Source of the DNA: Chlorobiota bacterium
GTDB taxonomy: Bacteria > Bacteroidota > Bacteroidia > Bacteroidales > JAADJA01
Assembly: GCA_030592565.1 (NCBI GenBank)
Contig: JAUVIX010000001.1
Coordinates: 1 to 33,470 of the forward strand
DNA: 33,470 nucleotides
Direction of reading: 5' to 3'
Shown in pieces: positions 24,004-32,824 of this stretch. Under the pieces are notes generated by a model. That model worked only from the letters and a program-made list of their open reading frames with translations, ran no database searches and was not told where the DNA came from. How positions within the stretch are numbered: position 1 is the first letter of the stretch; each line of letters opens with the position of its first letter. The position numbers and the translations under genes are program-made.

Positions 24004-25224
24004 TTAAGAATGAAGTGCGTTAATAATTTTGAAACTTGATATTTTTATAAGTGAGTAAATGACAGCGATTATCAATAATGTCAAAACTACCCAAAATTGA
24101 TTTATAAAAATTCCGAAATCATTTGAAAATGCAAGCACCGGTTCAATGCCGAACTGTTCGTAAACATCAGCCATTTCACCATCTAAACGAATTGGTTTAC
24201 GGTAATAATAAGCAACAATAAAAGAGCTTAAAAGGGCTCCGGTAAGGGCTCCAACAAAACCAAGAAAAATAGTTTCTAACAGTACGACCAATGCAAGATA
24301 GTATCTGTGCATCCCAAGAGCCACCATTACACCAAATTCCTTTTTCCGTTCGGCAGTCATCATAATGATGGTGCCAAGAATACCGAAAAAAATCACTATA
24401 TAAAGAATAGCTAACATTATGATTCCACTACCATTATCGCTATCAATTTGTTGCTTAAGCTCCTTATTCATTTCAGTCCAACTCAGGGCTACCAAATGTT
24501 CAGGATTTAGGAGTTCTCTGACTTTGGGCAGAACATCTTCAATGTCACCTTTGCTTTTTATATTGACAACCATTGAAGTCAGCATTCCCTCAGCACCATA
24601 AAACTGTTGCACTTTCTTTAGCGAGCCTATAATCAAAGCCTTATCCAGTTTAGGGTTAGGGATTTTTGCAATTCCACGCACAGGAAACACATCGGCAGCC
24701 GTTACCCCGTGATATCCCTGGCTAAGTAACACAATGGTATCTCCCACATTAATATTAAGATAGGAGGCCAGACGCTGTGAAAGCAAGACTCCATCATCAT
24801 CTTTTTCAAGAAAACGGCCTTTTACAACCTTATGTGATATTTGTGTCATTTGATCATCAAGTGCCGGGTCAACTCCCTGAAAGAAAGCCCCTTTAGTTTT
24901 GTTTCCACTGGAAATAAGCGCAAAGGATTCCAATCTTGGAAGAACGCTGTGAACTCCTTCTACGCCGATAATCTTTTCGCGCAAACCAATCGAATCAAGC
25001 ATCAGGTCATCGATAGTTTTATCCTTCCAGTAAGCTTTGTCCTGCACCTGAATAAATCCTGAATATTGACGCACGGCACTATCTATCATGTGATCGTATG
25101 TGCCAAGCTGCATGGAGCGCATCACTACCCCAAAGATTACAGCAAACATTAATGATGATGCCGTAATAATTGTTCTCCGTTTATTGCGCCAGACATTGCG
25201 CCAGGCAAGTTTTACTATTTCCAT
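24004..25224 (-). CDS. ABC transporter permease, FtsX/MacB (type VII) family, LolC/E-like, copy 1
   Basis: 406 aa. The N-terminus is LAWRNVWRNKRRT plus TM1. A periplasmic domain follows, then the FtsX C-terminal TMs (TAERKKEFGVMVALGMHRYYL). Confidence 0.9.
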   Translation of the reverse strand: MEIVKLAWRNVWRNKRRTIITASSLMFAVIFGVVMRSMQLGTYDHMIDSAVRQYSGFIQVQDKAYWKDKTIDDLMLDSIGLREKIIGVEGVHSVLPRLESFALISSGNKTKGAFFQGVDPALDDQMTQISHKVVKGRFLEKDDDGVLLSQRLASYLNINVGDTIVLLSQGYHGVTAADVFPVRGIAKIPNPKLDKALIIGSLKKVQQFYGAEGMLTSMVVNIKSKGDIEDVLPKVRELLNPEHLVALSWTEMNKELKQQIDSDNGSGIIMLAILYIVIFFGILGTIIMMTAERKKEFGVMVALGMHRYYLALVVLLETIFLGFVGALTGALLSSFIVAYYYRKPIRLDGEMADVYEQFGIEPVLAFSNDFGIFINQFWVVLTLLIIAVIYSLIKISSFKIINALHS

Positions 25225-25227
25225 ATT

Positions 25228-25992
25228 CTATCTGATTCGTTTCATGTTTTGCTGCGAGAAAAAGGAATCGTCAATAGACTGGTTAAAAACGATGTCCTTG
25301 AGAATCACAATAGTTTTATTTCCGGGATTATCCTCAGGAATAATCTCAAACCTGGAAGGTAAATTTTTTCCTCCCATTCTTATTATTTCTGACGCAATTT
25401 CTGTTTTTACCAAAAACATATCCTCGTCGTACGACTCGGTTTTCAGCGTAAAAATCCCGTCCTGACTTATCCAACTCACTTTTTTGCCCCAAATCACATC
25501 GTCATCGTCTTTTGGTTTAGATTCAATAACCCAACAATCCATCTCTCCGAATTTTTCAGTTTTGAGAATTTTATGATTGAAATTATCTACTAAATACCCT
25601 TCATTCATCATATCATCGTTGGTAAAATCGGAACCCATCCAACCCTGCGACATAGTGGAAGGAGGTAACTTAATCATACGCGAAATTTTAGGAATCCAGT
25701 TCCACATTTCTGTCTCACGTTTCATAAACACCTGTCCTTTTTCTTTTGCCGGTGCTGTAATTAAGACCAAAGAGTAATCGGTTCCTTTTGTCCACATTTT
25801 CATGCTTACACTGCGTGTCCATTTGGGTCGAACCAGTGTCATTTCCATAATTCCCTGACTGGTTTCACCATAACGCAGGTCGTTAGCTTTGCTAATAATC
25901 TCCGCGGGTGGTAAATCAGTCTTTTGCTGGATAAATAGTCCTGATATAAAAAAAGATGCTAAAATCAGACCTATGCTTTTTAACTTTCTCAT
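25228..25992 (-). CDS. Periplasmic LolA-like protein (outer-membrane lipoprotein-sorting protein family)
   Basis: 254 aa with an SPI-type signal peptide and no lipobox. The core SVSMKMWTKGTDYSLVLITAPAKEKGQVFMKRETEMWNWIPKISRMIKLPPSTMSQGWMGSDFTNDD matches the LolA_like family pattern as I recall it. Its ATG overlaps the TetR stop (ATGA). Confidence 0.8.
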   Translation of the reverse strand: MRKLKSIGLILASFFISGLFIQQKTDLPPAEIISKANDLRYGETSQGIMEMTLVRPKWTRSVSMKMWTKGTDYSLVLITAPAKEKGQVFMKRETEMWNWIPKISRMIKLPPSTMSQGWMGSDFTNDDMMNEGYLVDNFNHKILKTEKFGEMDCWVIESKPKDDDDVIWGKKVSWISQDGIFTLKTESYDEDMFLVKTEIASEIIRMGGKNLPSRFEIIPEDNPGNKTIVILKDIVFNQSIDDSFFSQQNMKRIR

Positions 25993-26570
25993 TTTTGTGT
26001 GATATATATTTGTTTAATTCGATTAACACAGTATTCTTTAGGAAATTGTTCGGGAATTAATAAGTAATTCATGCTGATTCCATCTAAAATAAAGCGTAGA
26101 AAATAGGCCTCAGCTATAGGATTTTCATACCCCAGGCGAGCCATAACCTGAGTAAATCCTTCCATTATTGGTTCTACTATTTCGTTTAACTTATCTTTGA
26201 CTAATGTAAACACTTCATTATTCATAAGAACTGAGAAATATACCATTAAGGTTTCCTGCATAGTATCTAAAACATCGAAGGTTTGCTCAATCAGCATCAT
26301 CACATTTTCTTCAGGGCTTAAGCGATTATCAATTACATACTGATCAAATACTTTGCTAAATCCATCAACCATAATCGCTATAAGCAAATCCTCCTTACTC
26401 TTAAAATAATTGTACATTAATCCTTTTGAGACCCCCGATTCCTTTGCAATTAATGCAATGGAAGCAGTATGGTAGCCTTTTTCTGAAATAACTTTCAAGG
26501 CGGCATCCATTATTAATTGCCTTTTTTTCAGCCGGATATTTTTAAACTGTTCTGATGTTCTCGGAGACAT
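25989..26570 (-). CDS. TetR/AcrR-family transcriptional regulator
   Basis: N-terminal HTH (GYHTASIALIAKESGVSKGLMYNYFKSKEDLL) followed by a helical ligand-binding domain. The track start at 26576 is a TTG, so I take the ATG at 26570 (MSPRTSEQF...). Confidence 0.9.
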   Translation of the reverse strand: MSPRTSEQFKNIRLKKRQLIMDAALKVISEKGYHTASIALIAKESGVSKGLMYNYFKSKEDLLIAIMVDGFSKVFDQYVIDNRLSPEENVMMLIEQTFDVLDTMQETLMVYFSVLMNNEVFTLVKDKLNEIVEPIMEGFTQVMARLGYENPIAEAYFLRFILDGISMNYLLIPEQFPKEYCVNRIKQIYITQK

Positions 26571-26581
26571 AACCAAAGTAT

Positions 26582-26607
26582 TTTTTGACTGAACGACCGG
26601 TCAAAAA
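26582..26607. promoter_or_regulatory. Candidate TetR operator: inverted repeat TTTTTGAC-N10-GTCAAAAA with an embedded GACCGGTC palindrome
   Basis: tttttgactgaacgaccggtcaaaaa lies 12-37 nt upstream of the TetR ATG. The arms are 26582-26589 and 26600-26607. The 8-bp perfect palindrome gaccggtc is at 26595-26602. Confidence 0.5.
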
Positions 26608-26761
26608 TAGATATTTTTTTTGATTTACAAAAAAATAATACTGTCATATATACATTTAAAAATAAGCGACCTGATAACCTATCATTAAGCGAGCAAAAAA
26701 TACATCCGCAAGACAACTAAGTGTGCCCAATTACAACAATACTAATAAGAGATAGCACATA

Positions 26762-28516
26762 CTAATCTCCAACTTCCTTCATAGGTTTAATATCCATAAT
26801 ATTAAGCTGAAGCTTTACGACTCCGTTCCACTCATTTTCCTCGATATGGTAGGTTATATTAAACGGGCCTGCCTTGACGATATCATAGGAGTCGCTTTGC
26901 TGAAAAGCAATTGCAGAGATAGGATAACCTCTAATATGTGGATGGACAACATCAAATTTCAAATGATTTTTCCCCACAATACGCGAAAAACCTGTATCAA
27001 TAACATTTTCGGTCATAAACACAGGCGACATATTTCCAGGGCCAAAAGGTGCAAATTGCTTGAGTATCCTGAAAAACTTCTTATTAATATCATTAAGACA
27101 AAGCTTTGCATCAATCTCTATCTCAGGAGTTAGCATATTCTCCTGAATTGTTGATGCCACATACTCTTCAAATCTTTTCTGGAAAGCAACGAGATTCTCA
27201 GGCATAAGAGAAAGTCCGGCGGCATATTTATGGCCTCCAAAATGCTCAAGCAGGTCACTACATGCATCTACCGCATCATAAACATCAAAATCTTTAACTG
27301 ACCTAGCTGACCCTGTTATCAATCCATTCGACTTTGTTAGAACCACTGTAGGCCGGTAAAAAGATTCAATTAACCTTGAAGCAACAATTCCTATTACCCC
27401 TTTATGCCACGATTCATTATAAACAACAGTTGTCCTTGCTTCAAGGAGTTTTTTATCGTTGTTTATCATTTCATGAGCCTCAAGAGTTATCTGGAAATCA
27501 AGAGTTTTTCTTTCGGTATTGAAGTCATCAATTTGTTTTGCAAGTCCCTCCGCATCTTCAAGCGATTTGACAATTAAAAGTTTGACTGAATTTTCAGCAT
27601 CTTCAATCCGGCCGGCTGCATTAATTCTCGGACCAACAAGAAAAACCAGATCGCTAATGGTCATATTTTTTGTAAAAGCAGGCTCGCCGTTATTATTATC
27701 ATTCTTCTTTGAGACATTGCTGAATTTCAAAATAGCTTCTATTCCAGGCCTTGGGTTACTGTTAACCAATTTTAATCCGAAATAGGACAAAATCCTGTTT
27801 TCACCTGTAATTTTAACAATATCCGAAGCTATACTGACAACAACAAGATCAAGGTATCTTTTAATAGTAGTGAAAGGAATATTGTTTTTTTGTGCAAAGG
27901 CCTGAACAAGTTTAAACCCCACGCCGCAGCCTGAAAGTTCATTAAAGGGATAAGTGCTATCAACTCTTTTAGGATCCAGCACAGCAACTGCATCAGGAAG
28001 AGTGTCACCGGGTCTGTGGTGATCGCCAATGATATAATCAATACCTTTGTTTTTTGCGTAATCAATTTTTTCGACAGCCTTTATTCCGCAGTCTAAGACA
28101 ATAACAAGCGAAAAATTATTTTCGGCTGCATAATCAATACTTTTATATGAGATGCCATAACCCTCTTCATATCTGTCCGGGATATAGAAATCAATGTTAT
28201 CATAATAGTTTCTAAAGAAAGAGTAAACAAGTGCAACAGCAGTAGTACCGTCAACATCATAATCGCCATAAACAAGTATCTTTTCCCCTTTGCGGATGGC
28301 AGCTTCAATACGTTCGACAGCCACCTTCATATCATTCATCAGGAAAGGGTCGTGAAGGTCATCAAGTGATGGCCGGAAAAAGGATTTTGCCTCATCAAAA
28401 GTTTCAATATCACGCTGTGCAAGTAAACCGGCAAGTGTAGGATTTATGTTAAGCACTTCCGATAAGTGCTTAATTACACTACTTTCACCTTGCTTTTTGA
28501 ATACCCAGCGTTTCAC
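26762..28516 (-). CDS. recJ: Single-stranded-DNA-specific exonuclease RecJ
   Basis: 584 aa with DHH-family motifs (GDYDVDGTT, VLDCG, IIGDHHRPG), a DHHA1 region (GGHKYAAG) and the typical N-terminus KRWVFK. The start is GTG; there is no in-frame ATG nearby. Confidence 0.95.
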   Translation of the reverse strand: MKRWVFKKQGESSVIKHLSEVLNINPTLAGLLAQRDIETFDEAKSFFRPSLDDLHDPFLMNDMKVAVERIEAAIRKGEKILVYGDYDVDGTTAVALVYSFFRNYYDNIDFYIPDRYEEGYGISYKSIDYAAENNFSLVIVLDCGIKAVEKIDYAKNKGIDYIIGDHHRPGDTLPDAVAVLDPKRVDSTYPFNELSGCGVGFKLVQAFAQKNNIPFTTIKRYLDLVVVSIASDIVKITGENRILSYFGLKLVNSNPRPGIEAILKFSNVSKKNDNNNGEPAFTKNMTISDLVFLVGPRINAAGRIEDAENSVKLLIVKSLEDAEGLAKQIDDFNTERKTLDFQITLEAHEMINNDKKLLEARTTVVYNESWHKGVIGIVASRLIESFYRPTVVLTKSNGLITGSARSVKDFDVYDAVDACSDLLEHFGGHKYAAGLSLMPENLVAFQKRFEEYVASTIQENMLTPEIEIDAKLCLNDINKKFFRILKQFAPFGPGNMSPVFMTENVIDTGFSRIVGKNHLKFDVVHPHIRGYPISAIAFQQSDSYDIVKAGPFNITYHIEENEWNGVVKLQLNIMDIKPMKEVGD

Positions 28517-28634
28517 AATAAAATTTGATTTTTTGAAAGTGTAAAGATATGGAATATTCGCTTGTACTTATCAAGATTTTTGTGAAAATAGCCTAAGTCT
28601 ATATAACTAACAGATTAAAAGAGTAATAAAATAT

Positions 28635-29885
28635 TTAAAAAGTTGTTCTCATTGCTTCAACCGGATCGAGACGCGAAGCTGACCATGATGGAATAATTCC
28701 AGCAACCAGTCCGATAACAGCAGATACTGAAATACTGATAATTATATTGCCTGTTGTAAGTTTCAACGGAAATGGAATTATATCATAAGTGTTTGAAATT
28801 AAAATAAGTGAATAAATTATCAAAAGGCCAATCAGTCCTCCTAACAGTGAAAGAAACACCGATTCGAAAAGAAACTGAAAAAGGATAAAAAACCTTTTAG
28901 CACCTAAAGCCATCTGTATCCCTATCTGATTTGTCCGCTCTTTAACCGAAACAAACATAATATTTGCAATTCCAAATCCGCCAACCAGTAAAGAGAATCC
29001 TCCGACTACCCATCCCACCATAGCAAAAACTGCAAAAATTTCATCGAATCCCTGTGATATTATGCTAGTCTCATTTATTGCAAAATCATCTTCAGCATTG
29101 GGTTTTAGCTTTCTAACGGATCGCAAGATGCCTGTCAGTTCATCTTTCAGTTCTTCATTGCTTACCATCGGCTTTGCCATCACAATAATCGAACCTCCAA
29201 TTTTTTGCATATTCACAAAACTCCGGGCATAGTTAACAGGGATGATAACTCTGTCGTCATTAGTATTGCCAAACATATCATCACCTTGCTTTTTCATCAG
29301 CCCGATAACTTTCAGCTTACTTCCGAATATTTTTATTGTACGGCCAATGGGATTAAGTCCTTCGTAAAGATTTTCGGATATCTCTGCACCGATAATCGCA
29401 ACATTTCTTCCGGCTTGCGACTCCAAAAGCGTAAAATAGCGTCCATCTTTAAGGTCGAAAGGCATAACATAGTCATAATCATGTGAAACTGCAAGCACTC
29501 CTACATCCTCAATGCTGTTACTTTTATATTTTACTGTGCGGCTGATTCCAAACAGAAAAGCACTTTTTTCGGATGCTGTACTTCGTTTTTGTATTTGCTT
29601 CATATCCCTTAATGACGGCTCAGGCCGCTTCATTATCTTCCACCAGGCAACATTTCCATCCATTATCCATGGCCATTTCTGAATAAAAAGGACATTACTT
29701 CCAAGACTATTAATACTTGATCGGACTGCAATCTCCATAGAATCGAAGATTGTTAATACAGAGATAACAGAGAATATCCCGATAGTAATACCTAGCAATG
29801 AGAGTAGCGTCCTAACCCTATTTACCACTATCGATTGTAGTGCAAATCGATAGCTTTCTCTGAATAATTTTAAAAATACCAGCAT
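28635..29885 (-). CDS. ABC transporter permease, MacB/FtsX family, with no adjacent ATPase
   Basis: 416 aa. The N-terminus is ALQSIVVNRVRTLLSLLGITIGIFSV. A MacB-type periplasmic domain follows, then the FtsX C-terminal TMs (VKERTNQIGIQMALGAKRFFI). Confidence 0.9.
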   Translation of the reverse strand: MLVFLKLFRESYRFALQSIVVNRVRTLLSLLGITIGIFSVISVLTIFDSMEIAVRSSINSLGSNVLFIQKWPWIMDGNVAWWKIMKRPEPSLRDMKQIQKRSTASEKSAFLFGISRTVKYKSNSIEDVGVLAVSHDYDYVMPFDLKDGRYFTLLESQAGRNVAIIGAEISENLYEGLNPIGRTIKIFGSKLKVIGLMKKQGDDMFGNTNDDRVIIPVNYARSFVNMQKIGGSIIVMAKPMVSNEELKDELTGILRSVRKLKPNAEDDFAINETSIISQGFDEIFAVFAMVGWVVGGFSLLVGGFGIANIMFVSVKERTNQIGIQMALGAKRFFILFQFLFESVFLSLLGGLIGLLIIYSLILISNTYDIIPFPLKLTTGNIIISISVSAVIGLVAGIIPSWSASRLDPVEAMRTTF

Positions 29886-30173
29886 AAGTAGTAAGTTATC
29901 AAAAAAGATTGTGTAAAAATAAGATAAACCTTTGAATAATCGAATATAATTTAATTGTTACTTTGTAGCTGTTTTTATACCGAAAGAAATCAGGCGTTTA
30001 CTCGCTAAAGTTTTAGGGTTCATTTGTGGATTTCTATCGAATATTAACTACTTCTAAACAATCTTGCTTTTGCCTGCCCGACTTTATCGTTCCGGCAAAC
30101 CTACGAAATGTAACAAGCACGTATCTGTAAAGAATTAGTAAACATTTTATTTAATCTCATAACGTAACAGTCA

Positions 30174-31688
30174 ATGAAAAAAATAAATAGTGCTCTTATT
30201 TCAGTTTATCATAAAGAGAGACTTGATGAAATTGTTAAGCATCTCAGCAAGTTAAATATCAAAATTTATTCGACAGGCGGAACCTATGATTTTATTATAA
30301 AGCTCGGTATTGATGCTGCAACTGTGGAATCGCTTACCTCCTACCCTTCTATCCTTGGAGGCAGGGTAAAAACCTTACATCCGAAAGTTTTTGGTGGCAT
30401 TCTAGGGCGCAGGGATAATGAGAATGATATGAAGCAATTTGCAGAATATGACATTCCCGAAATAGACCTTGTAATTGTTGACCTCTATCCTTTTGAAGAG
30501 ACAGTAGCTTCAACTGATAATGAAGCCGAAATAATTGAAAAAATTGATATTGGCGGTATTTCTCTGATAAGAGCGGCAGCAAAAAATTATAAAGATGTTA
30601 TTATCGTACCATCTTTTTCACAATACGATGACCTTATCAAACTTCTTGATGAGAAAAATGGCAGTTCTGATATAGAAGACAGAAAATATTTTGCAACTCA
30701 GACGTTTAAAGTTTCATCGCATTACGATACAGCTATTTTTAATTACTTTAACGGGGATGAAGATATTGCATTCAAGCAAAGCTTTACAAAATCAAAAGTT
30801 CTACGTTATGGTGAAAACCCTCATCAAAAAGGCCTGTTTTTTGGCAATCTGGATGAAGTTTTTGAACAAATTCACGGGAAAGCCATTTCATATAATAATA
30901 TTGGCGATCTGGATGCTGCCATTAATCTGATTAAGGAATTCGACGAACCCACATTTGCCGTACTGAAACATAACAATGCCTGTGGTATTGCAACAAGAGA
31001 GAAACTCATTGATGCCTGGAAGGATGCACTTTCCGGAGATCCGGTTTCAGCATTTGGCGGTGTTTTAATCACCAACCGGGAAGTTGATGAAGAGACAGCA
31101 GCAGATATTAATAGTCTTTTCTTTGAAATAATTATAGCCCCCGGATATGATAATAAAGCACTGGATATGCTTAAGTCAAAGAAAAATAGAATAATTTTGC
31201 AAAAGAAATCATATGATTTCCCTGTAAAACAATTCAGGTCGGTGATGAACGGAGTTATTGTGCAGGACACAGATTTGAAGACAGAAACAGAAGAAGACCT
31301 GAAAGTTGTAACAAAACTTGCGCCTTCACGTTATGAAATTGATAACCTGTTGTTTGCAAATAAGGTTGTGAAGCATACAAAATCCAATACGATAGTACTG
31401 GTAAAAAACAAACAGTTGTGTGCAAGCGGAGTAGGGCAGACATCAAGGGTTGACGCACTGAAACAGGCAATTGAGAAAGCAAAATCGTTTGGATTCGACC
31501 TTAACGGTGCAGTGATGGCTTCGGATGCTTTTTTTCCGTTTGCCGATTCGGTTGAAATTGCAGATAAAGCAGGCATTAAGGCTGTTATTCAACCCGGGGG
31601 TTCAATCAGAGATAAAGACTCAATTGAATATTGCGACGAACATAATATGAGTATGGTATTTACAGGTGTACGTCATTTTAAACATTAA
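30174..31688 (+). CDS. purH: Bifunctional AICAR transformylase / IMP cyclohydrolase
   Basis: 504 aa. MGS-like N-domain (ALISVYHKERL, STGGT, GGRVKTLHP, DLVIVDLYPF, DIGG.SLIRAAAKN) and an AICARFT C-domain (YGENPHQ, LKHNNACG, QPGGSIRD). Confidence 0.95.
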   Translation: MKKINSALISVYHKERLDEIVKHLSKLNIKIYSTGGTYDFIIKLGIDAATVESLTSYPSILGGRVKTLHPKVFGGILGRRDNENDMKQFAEYDIPEIDLVIVDLYPFEETVASTDNEAEIIEKIDIGGISLIRAAAKNYKDVIIVPSFSQYDDLIKLLDEKNGSSDIEDRKYFATQTFKVSSHYDTAIFNYFNGDEDIAFKQSFTKSKVLRYGENPHQKGLFFGNLDEVFEQIHGKAISYNNIGDLDAAINLIKEFDEPTFAVLKHNNACGIATREKLIDAWKDALSGDPVSAFGGVLITNREVDEETAADINSLFFEIIIAPGYDNKALDMLKSKKNRIILQKKSYDFPVKQFRSVMNGVIVQDTDLKTETEEDLKVVTKLAPSRYEIDNLLFANKVVKHTKSNTIVLVKNKQLCASGVGQTSRVDALKQAIEKAKSFGFDLNGAVMASDAFFPFADSVEIADKAGIKAVIQPGGSIRDKDSIEYCDEHNMSMVFTGVRHFKH

Positions 31689-31702
31689 AAACATTAAAGA
31701 AT

Positions 31703-32725
31703 ATGGGCTTATTTTCATTCTTCACCAAAGAGATTGCTATTGACCTCGGAACGGCAAATACCATTATCATATACAATGACAAGGTCGTGCTTGATGAGCC
31801 TTCAATTGTGGCAATAGAAAGAAACACAGGCAGAATTATTGCTGTTGGCAAGAAGGCAATGATGATGCATGGCAAAACCCACGAAAATATCAAAACCATT
31901 CGTCCTTTGCGTGATGGTGTTATTGCCGATTTCCAGTCAGCAGAATTTATGATCAGGGAGATGATCAAGATGATTTGGTCTAAAAAGCCGTTATTTCCTC
32001 CTGCACTTAAAATGGTTATTTGCATTCCATCAGGCATAACAGAAGTGGAGGAAAGAGCGGTCAGAGATTCTGCCGAACAAGCTGGAGCCAAGGATGTTAA
32101 ACTTATCCATGAGCCTATGGCTGCGGCTATCGGAATTGGAATAGATGTTATGGAGCCAACGGGTAATATGATCATAGATATAGGTGGTGGCACAAGCGAA
32201 ATCGCAGTTATTGCACTTGGTGGTATCGTGAATAATAAATCTATCAGGATCGCAGGTGATGACTTTAACTCTGATATTGAGGAGTATATGCGTAAGCAAC
32301 ACAATATTAATATTGGAGAAAGAACATCCGAAAGAATAAAAATTGAAGTTGGTGCAGCTATGACTGAGATTGATAATCCCCCGGAAGAATATGCTGTTCA
32401 CGGCAGGGATATGCTGACAGGTATTCCCAAGGAAATAAAGGTAAACTATTCTGAAATAGCACATTGTCTCGACAAATCAATATCAAAAATTGAGGCCGCC
32501 GTACTTCATGCTCTGGAGATGACACCTCCTGAATTGTCGGCTGATATTTTCAGAACCGGTATTTATCTGGCTGGTGGTGGCTCTATGCTTAGAGGTCTTG
32601 ACAAAAGAATACATCTTAAAACAAAACTTCCGGTTCATGTTGCCGAGGACCCGTTAAGGGCTGTGGCAAGAGGTACGGGAATAGCATTGAAAAACTTTGA
32701 CAGGTTTACATTCCTTATCAAATAG
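31703..32725 (+). CDS. mreB: Rod-shape-determining actin homologue MreB
   Basis: 340 aa with IAIDLGTANT, PLRDGVIADF, EPMAAAIG, DIGGGTSEIAV and YLAGGGSMLRGLD. The gene starts 14 nt after purH. Confidence 0.95.
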   Translation: MGLFSFFTKEIAIDLGTANTIIIYNDKVVLDEPSIVAIERNTGRIIAVGKKAMMMHGKTHENIKTIRPLRDGVIADFQSAEFMIREMIKMIWSKKPLFPPALKMVICIPSGITEVEERAVRDSAEQAGAKDVKLIHEPMAAAIGIGIDVMEPTGNMIIDIGGGTSEIAVIALGGIVNNKSIRIAGDDFNSDIEEYMRKQHNINIGERTSERIKIEVGAAMTEIDNPPEEYAVHGRDMLTGIPKEIKVNYSEIAHCLDKSISKIEAAVLHALEMTPPELSADIFRTGIYLAGGGSMLRGLDKRIHLKTKLPVHVAEDPLRAVARGTGIALKNFDRFTFLIK

Positions 32726-32824
32726 GAAATTCCTGAATAAAACTGAATTGTCGGTTGTTCTTTGTTTATAACAGATAGCCTCTGGCTTTGAAGATAATTT
32801 TATATTTATCAGTTATTATTTATC

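Noticed and set aside
29886-30173. 288-nt region upstream of purH examined for a ZTP (pfl) riboswitch or other purine leader
   Set aside because: I could not find the conserved ZTP elements (GGGUCGUGACUGGCG-type 5' domain and CCGCCUGGGCA 3' domain) or a convincing terminator/antiterminator pair. Only a weak tttgcc...ggcaaa stem is present. A covariance-model scan (Rfam RF01750) would settle it.
30872-31270. 132-aa minus-strand ORF, plus others at 30349-30582, 31255-31482 and 31331-31576
   Set aside because: All are antisense within purH, whose frame is strongly supported.
31678-32304. 208-aa minus-strand ORF
   Set aside because: It lies entirely antisense within mreB. It is a low-complexity hydrophobic shadow ORF (IS/IL/PA rich), whereas the mreB frame shows unmistakable actin-fold motifs.
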